A stretch of 63,345 bases of DNA, filler included, from Sphaeroforma arctica JP610 (taxonomy: Eukaryota): NCBI RefSeq assembly GCF_001186125.1. It is 4 parts of 2 records of this genome, joined end to end, with 100 filler letters (N's around TTAATTAATTAA, not from the genome) between each part and the next. Parts side by side here need not be neighbours in the genome. Positions count along the whole stretch, not along the records: positions 36,968 to 58,883 come from NW_014040536.1; positions 58,984 to 63,345 come from NW_014040535.1; 2 more parts are not named here. The stretch is one strand, 5' to 3'. The number at the start of each line of letters is the position of its first letter. Positions within the stretch are counted from its first letter, which is position 1. A program made the translations under genes and the position numbers. This document shows positions 54,770-63,345 of the stretch, piece by piece. The notes beneath the pieces were generated by a model. It had not been told where the DNA came from, ran no database searches, and was given only the letters and a program-made list of their open reading frames with translations.

Positions 54770-54899
54770 TTAGCAAGTACAGAAATTCTGAATTGTACGA
54801 CAACCATCATCATGAGAATGAACGGCACTATTGAAATCGATAAGAAAGTGCACGCAACGATTGATCTGCAGCTATAAATCTCAATCCAATTATTACCTA

Positions 54900-54936
<37 letters not shown>

Positions 54937-54939
54937 CGT

Positions 54940-54989
<50 letters not shown>

Positions 54990-55070
54990 CTATGTATATA
55001 TACATACATACATACGCACAAACAAATATATATATATATATGTATGTAAATTTATATATATATGTATAGT

Positions 55071-55110
<40 letters not shown>

Positions 55111-55248
55111 TGTGTGTGTCTGTCTATCTGTGAACAAACACACGTACACAAACACACAATTACATACATATATGATATAATAACACACACAAACACACAC
55201 ACACACACACACACAATATATATATATATATATAATTATATACATATA

Positions 55249-55279
<31 letters not shown>

Positions 55280-55341
55280 CATATTTAAATATTTATGTAT
55301 ATATTTATATATATATATATATATTTATATAAATCTATAAT

Positions 55342-55374
<33 letters not shown>

Positions 55375-55549
55375 GATGTATGAGTACACACACATACACA
55401 CATACACAAAGATACACGCAGACACACACACATATACACAAAGATACACGCAGACACACACACACCTATATATATATATATATTATATACACACAAACAT
55501 ATATATATACAGAATAAGAATAAGAATGATATTGACAATAATTACATAT

Positions 55550-55580
<31 letters not shown>

Positions 55581-56130
55581 AACAAGTCGAGCGCTCGCGT
55601 GTACTTTTGAAAGTGTCATTTGTACTTCAAAACTCACCTCAGTTTTGAAATGTTCGAACCAGGGTCCTTTTGGGATACCCGTCTCGTGTTGACTTGAGGG
55701 TGTTATACTAGTCCCGTCATCTGTGAGAGCCCTTGAGTCTTTGGAAGTGACCAGGCGCTTTAGAAGTGACATTGCGCCTTTCCTAGCCGTGTTGATAGGT
55801 GTTCCTGGTTCGGTGTGGGCTTGCTCGAGTTGGTTGCTTATAATGTCTCCTAAAGAATTCAACTGCGCCATCGAATCCGCAAGCAGTTGTTTACTCATAC
55901 CTCTCCTTGACCGATCCGAATGCAGAATCAACTGCACGCGCAGTCAAATACCGGGGATTGGATGGGAGATCTATGGGCGTATGGATGTTTTTATGATGCT
56001 GTTTTACATGGTAACATATCAATGCATATTTTAATATATTTTTATAGGCAATGCAAGTCGCAAGTGTCCTATTAGTTACCTGGGAGTTAGACTGCCTCAA
56101 CACAACATCAACTAAGGCATCATGTCTTCT
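54770..56130 (-). CDS. Uncharacterised spliced ORF (exons ~56130-56080, ~55931-55638, possibly 54867-54770)
   Basis: Open exon [21 protein letters not shown]...[10 protein letters not shown] bounded by CAG and GTGAGT; no family recognised. Confidence 0.4.
54900..55580. repeat. (TA)n/(CA)n microsatellite field
   Basis: Read directly from the sequence. Confidence 0.9.
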
Positions 56131-56799
56131 CTCGCTACTACTAGTAAAGACAGATGAAGCATAGCCTTCCAGATAAAGATCGATATGAAATTAATGCACG
56201 TTTCTATTTTATATATTTGGAGCGCGGCCAAACTTAAAATATAAAGATTTTCCCACAAATTTTTGTGTGAGCTCTCTCGCTCTCTCTGAGAGAAAGGGAG
56301 AGTAGAAGAGTATTTAGAGAGAGCCCATTCACTCAAGGCTTGATCAAGCAGCGGGGCGATCAATATTAGCTTTCTCTCTCTGTCGCTCTGTCCTCTACGC
56401 TAGAGAGAGAACGCTTCGTTATGACATCATCCCTCATGGCAATTCTGATGGGGGGACGGTCATGGGTAGTGTATGAGCCGTATTATCACAGTATGTGACG
56501 AATGCACTCAGCACTGTTTGTTCCAAATACACAAGTACAGTATATAGTAATTGCATGCAGCTCCGCAAGCCTACAGATGTAGAGCTGTCTGAACTTTTGA
56601 TCCCGCAGTCTTTCAGTAAGACAAATGGATTCACTTTGTTTGACTTCAAGTGCAATTCAAAGCTCTTCGCTTGTTATATAATGTACCACCGCTATTTGCT
56701 TACATGCGTATCGTCTCTACCTCTGCATTCAATTATACAGTCTAGAGCAAGAAACTTCCTTCTGTCAGATACCTTTGTTGGGCAAATATCTTCTCACTC

Positions 56800-58788
56800 T
56801 CAAATGCCATTAAGTGTTTCGAGGAATATGTCGCTTTCTCTCAGATTCTTGGCTTGCGCCAGACTGAGTATGAACTTGAGCGGCAATTTCTCTCGATCTT
56901 GAAGGCTCGCAGCGTTTACACTACCTTTGTGGGCAAGCAAAATTTTCGATGTTAGCGACTATTCAACCTGAACCAGTTGCCGTTTAGAGCGAACCAGCTA
57001 CAAATTCATGCAATATTTATCAAATCTTAATGGTGGTCTATTTCGTTCGCCATGCACTCATCTATACGGAGGGCACAACTGCACAACTGCACAACTTGAG
57101 TATGTATGAACAAGCCAAAAGTAGAGTGTATCATCCTGTCTGTATTGTGTGAGGGTATGTATAAATTCCAACTGTGAATCTTCCTCGGATAAAGACTCAC
57201 CAAGGTAAAAGTAGGGCTGTGCTGGTGGCCTGCAGAAGACGTGCACCTCGGCTTTGGTTCGATCTGTGAGGACAAATGCATATTAAATGTGAACCACGTT
57301 TGTCAAAAAATAGACTTCACGCACAGAATCACGCCGTAGGTTTTCAATATATATATGTCTATATGTATGGACATACATTGATAAAAATGTTCATCAATAT
57401 GATTATATATATATATATATATATATCAAATAAATTAGTATATTGCCGTAGCACTAGGATTGCATCAACATGGTGGTGTTTACCTGCGCACTTCTCATGT
57501 CCACAATCGGTGAAATCCCCGGGAGCCAGCGAACGCAGTAGTCTACATATAACAGGTGATTCGACTGTCTGGCGGGATTGCGCGTACCATATCAATTTCG
57601 CATAATTTTCTTGGAAAGTATTTTGATAGCTCTGCGAGAAAATAAATAAAAAAATGCGCGCAGGAATATATGAATGCACAATGGTGAACAAGACGACAAG
57701 AGACAACATGCGTGAGACGATACCCACAAACAAGAGAAGGGAGCCCAGGCGCAGACTGACTCGGGGTTATAGCTGATACACATACGCTGTCGAGGTTGAT
57801 GAAGAGCACAATAGCATTTCTCCACTCCTGTATACCACTCATCTTGTTGTATACGGGTCGTTTGGGCGAGGCCAATGCCTCCATGACCGCTCGTTTCATA
57901 GCACCTCCTTCGATAACTTCAGGGAACTGAGATGTAGAGTTATAAAGGTTTGAGAATGCAAGAAAACAGGAGAAGGCAAGATTCAGTACAAGCACACTGT
58001 ATCATTCTGAAAAAAATGGAAGTGTGTTGGTTTGTGTAAATACTGATATCGTCCTATGATAAGAAAGATTGCATGAAAATTAGAATACATACGAGCATTT
58101 ATGTGCGCATACATTAAAACCGAAGGCAACCCGGGCTCATATGTGAATTACCCCATCCACACATTAAGGACGTATATTCGCATAAAAAATTCATTTTCCA
58201 TACAGTCGATAAAATCTTAATTGCATGGAATACGATAAGCTCGCACGCATACGACTTCTTATCAGGATATCGGTCTGTTTGGACATACGAATTTTCCTTC
58301 AAATCCACTAAAAGTATTATAGTTCATGTCCAGGTGTCGGATCGAATTTGGAGGCGGTACTGCTACAGTCTTCGCGGAGTTATTCCGTACAGGTCGCTTG
58401 TAGAGTTCTTTCGATGTTCTTAATCTGGAAACAAAACGTAGTAGAGTATGACTATGAGTGTAAATGTTACTAAAAATTCGATGACATGGACATTGACAGA
58501 TCACGCACTCCAGGGGAGTGTATAAACTTGCCAATCCATGCGAACACCTGTATAAATATCTGCGTAGATGTGGAATATACATTTTAACACTCCGCGAAAA
58601 ATAGCTCTGAATCAAACCAACCGTTGCTCTTGAAGCGCTACATCCTTCAGTGGTATAGAATCGTCCTTGTAATTGACATCGCTATTTCGGGTACTTCGCG
58701 TTGAACGTCTGGTCGGTTCTCGGATCTCATATTGGCTAGTCTTGGCCCATTTTCGTTTGGGTTTCGGAGCGAAAGAGGTGGCCTGCAT
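56800..58788 (-). CDS. DUF3427/SRA(PUA)-like domain protein; exons 58782(58788)-58622, 58424-58289, 57926-57786, 57631-57484, 57263-57201, 56924-56800
   Basis: Six GT-AG exons splice in phase to ...RRSTRSTRNSDVNYKD...NKMSGIQEWRNAIVLFINLDSSYQNTFQENYAKLIWYAQSRQTVESPVICRLL...VHVFCRPPAQPYFYLGSV...KLPLKFILSL...NGI*. The gene model is well supported; the family call is from motif recall. Confidence 0.7.
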
Positions 58789-58983
58789 TATATTATATCA
58801 TTGCGACCGATTAAATGAAAATGAAAATGGACTATGGACAATAGATTAAACTCCGACATAAGGCTCTACTGCACATGCTCATTNNNNNNNNNNNNNNNNN
58901 NNNNNNNNNNNNNNNNNNNNNNNNNNNTTAATTAATTAANNNNNNNNNNNNNNNNNNNNNNNNNNNNNNNNNNNNNNNNNNNN

Positions 58984-59420
<437 letters not shown>

Positions 59421-59516
59421 TTGTCTCATATCCCGCATTACATGCCCACAGCGAGTACTATACACACAACAAGAGAACAAGACACTGAGGATATTGCAAT
59501 ACGATCACAATCTTCA

Positions 59517-60642
<1,126 letters not shown>

Positions 60643-60916
60643 TTAGGGAGGCTATGATTTGTTCGGATTTTCCATAATTTTGTGTCTAGTGTTCTTCCAT
60701 CCCCACAGACTACAGACTACATACAGAGTCCCGGGCTCCCAGACCCACCCTCATCAACAGAGTACAGACCACAGCACGCCTATAGTTTTCGATCATGATG
60801 TCTGTTTGTTTCTGTCTTGAGAAAAAAATAATAATAAAAACAACCCCTCCAAAAAAAAAAAAGGCGAAACGAGAAACCTGCCAATTGCCAAACCTCATCA
60901 TCCTTGTCATACGTCT

Positions 60917-61005
60917 CGGCCCTCTGGATAGGGTCTCGAGCAGAAATCAAAGTTTCTCTCTACAACAATCGAAAATTTAGCAGAGACCTAAAATCCAGAG
61001 GGCCG
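60917..61005. mobile_element. ~90-bp hairpin/MITE-like element, copy A
   Basis: Terminal inverted repeat CGGCCCTCTGGAT...ATCCAGAGGGCCG, extended by GGTCTC/GAGACC. Confidence 0.65.
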
Positions 61006-61680
61006 TGCATACGTTTTGGATTTTTGTTTTTGTTTTTTATAAAAACTAAAAAATATGCGTTCTAAATGAGACAGAAAGCAGATAACGGTTTAATATTTTT
61101 TTAAACGTTGTAACGTATCAGAGGGCAAGAAAGGGACTGACCTACTATGAAAGACGATAGGACTATATGAACGTATCGCTGTATCTATACTGCACCTTAA
61201 GGCCTCAAAACCTACACTTTAAACCCACATCACGTGAATTGTTTGTGTCAACGGAAAGTTGTTTTATTATAAAATATATTCCTACATAAAGTTGTCTCTG
61301 GGAATGTCGGAAACCCAGTGTTTCCGAATATCCGGTTTCCATATTCAAAGTTTTCGCTCTCGCTGCTGGTTTTATTCATTTTAGTTTATCCCCTCTGCAA
61401 ACCCACAATATCTATTTTTAAATATAATATAGAAAAGGTCTTGTGAATTTGAATTCTGACCCAACCCAAACCACATCTGCTCTGTAGTGTGAAATTGTGA
61501 ATAGATTTGTGACGCTCATATTATTCACTACATTACATGGACCGGGGTATTTTACATTACTTGATTATGTGAACGCTTTTCAATTGTTCGCTGGAGACAG
61601 AATTTTGGTCTCGAAAATTCTGTGATTTAGAAGGCTATGCGAAAATTCATACACGTCACGAGTGTAAATACGTTAAAGCA

Positions 61681-61777
61681 TGACCCTCTGGAAGATAGGG
61701 CTCTATCAGAACAACGATCCCCTATGGGGCCGGAAGGATAAATTTTTATTTTCTCTCTCTCCAAATTCAGAGGGTCA
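61681..61777. mobile_element. Hairpin/MITE-like element, copy B (divergent)
   Basis: Inverted ends TGACCCTCTG...CAGAGGGTCA; similar length to copy A. Confidence 0.5.
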
Positions 61778-62377
61778 CGGTCTAAGCGCCTAAGTTGGCA
61801 CAACGACAATGCCGAGTGGAGATCGCGACCTCAGTGATACAATCAATGATCAGCTGTAGTTGCTAGTAGTCTGCCAAGCTCGGAATATCAACTAGTCGCG
61901 TATCGACAGTGAAAAAGAAACTTGTCAGGTTCGATGATTTTTGCTCTCATTTTCTGACCTGTTGCAGGCAGTGATCCCAGTGATGCAGAATAGTCATTTA
62001 GTAGCGGATTGCTTCAATTGTACTGCTGAATGTCATGATGCATCAGAGACCCAACGAACTCTGTCGCGCACGGCGGCCTGTGCTGCTCAAATACTGGTGG
62101 TGACTACATGATGCCCCTATTAAACCGCATCGTATACTCGGCTGTACTCGGATGAGTCCATAATACATCGTATACGCACCACACACTCAATACAGGCAAT
62201 TTATTTATTTTTAACTGTAGAGATGTAAATAGAGAGATTATTTAAGAGAACCTTTCTTGACAGACTCATGTGACGACTGATGAGTCTTTCGGACTCTTGT
62301 CTCGCTCACTCGCTACTTCGTTGTTTTTTTCAATTTTCATGCGTCAACTCAAAACTGCATACATTGCAAAGTAATCA

Positions 62378-62463
62378 CGCCCTCTGGCCTCTGGATTAGG
62401 GTCGCTCGCAGAAATCAGGTTTCTTCCATCTTTTAAAATTAGCAGACTCTATCCAGAGGGCCG
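62378..62463. mobile_element. Hairpin/MITE-like element, copy C
   Basis: GCCTCTGGATTAGGGTCGCTCGCAGAAATCAGGTTTCT...AAAATTAGCAGACTCTATCCAGAGGGCCG is colinear with copy A. Confidence 0.65.
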
Positions 62464-63081
62464 TATCATGAAAGTATTTATTTATTATATTTGTAGACTG
62501 ACAGAGTATACTTATTAGTATTAATATTTTTCAAAAAGTATTTTGAAGGCACACGTGCAATCGTGTCCGTGTGTAATGTGAAATCAGAAATGTCAATGTG
62601 TATTCGTTTGAGGTGGTGGCTCGAGCAGCGTAACTTGGAGCGATGAGCAGACCACCAATAGGATCCTTTCAAATTGTCACAATTGGTCGCAATCTCTGTT
62701 ATAAAAAATATGAAGTATGTAGATTGTAGAACATTGCTTGAAATTTTTGAAATGATTTACCATAGCCTGCTAAATAAACCATTTTACGGCTTTTGATATA
62801 CCTTTCATTAAAAAATAAATTATAAATTCTTTTCCGCCTGCTTTATCGAATATCGATCAAACACGAATACACACGCACAGGCCGCATCGCCATAGCCCAC
62901 AGCCGCAGATGGCAGCCGAAGGAGAAAGTGTACATGTACGTATGATAGTACCTGCAATATAACATCGATCATCTGCGTAGATACTCATTCCGGTATAGGG
63001 TTATTGCAACGGTTCATCAACTGAGCTTTTCTTACTGTAGTCTGAAGAACTGCCACACTACTAGCATAACAACTCATCAGA

Positions 63082-63298
63082 ATGACAAAGAATGCAAGTT
63101 CGACAGGCGCATCGCCTGCGTGTAAGAAGGACAGGAAGAAAAAACCGCTCATAAAGATCCCCACTAGAGTTCGGGGAGCTTCACTGAACGCAGCCGCGAG
63201 TGCATCTGTAGAGAAAATCACGTCACCTTACAATACGTCCTTGTCGGCTCCAACAGGATGTGAAGATGCGGCTGGTGGCAAAAATGCCGATGGCGACG
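63082..63298 (+). CDS. Possible first exon of an unknown gene
   Basis: ATG-initiated ORF with a basic patch (KKDRKKK), ending at a strong G|GTAAGT donor. Confidence 0.35.
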
Positions 63299-63345
63299 GT
63301 AAGTAAAAAGAACACGTCTATCTGTCGAATTTTGTATGCTTTATG

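Overview
Intron-rich eukaryotic DNA with five N-gaps. It looks like a unicellular opisthokont, possibly ichthyosporean-like; that is an inference from gene content and intron style only. Bases 1-14.7 kb are a nest of decayed retroelements: a 5'-truncated non-LTR (LINE) element on the - strand, and two related, divergent Ty3/Gypsy-type LTR retrotransposon copies on the + strand. The second copy reads gag(CCHC)-protease-RT-RNase H and then, unusually, a phage/DIRS-type DNA N6-adenine methyltransferase (Dam-like) domain. That domain also appears inverted at 1-306. The rest is a compact gene array: an RS/RD-rich protein, MPP10 head-to-head with a fungal-type prephenate dehydrogenase (TYR1), insulin-degrading enzyme, COP9 subunit 7, TMEM199/Vma12, a type II membrane protein with receptor-L-domain-like repeats, an unknown gene, a six-exon gene encoding a DUF3427/SRA(PUA)-like domain (candidate modified-DNA reader), and ARF1. 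Three ~90-bp hairpin (MITE-like) elements lie upstream of ARF1. The top leads are the methyltransferase-carrying Gypsy element, a TGA stop conserved at its gag/pol junction, and the spliced DUF3427-like gene. All domain calls come from manual motif recognition, not database searches.
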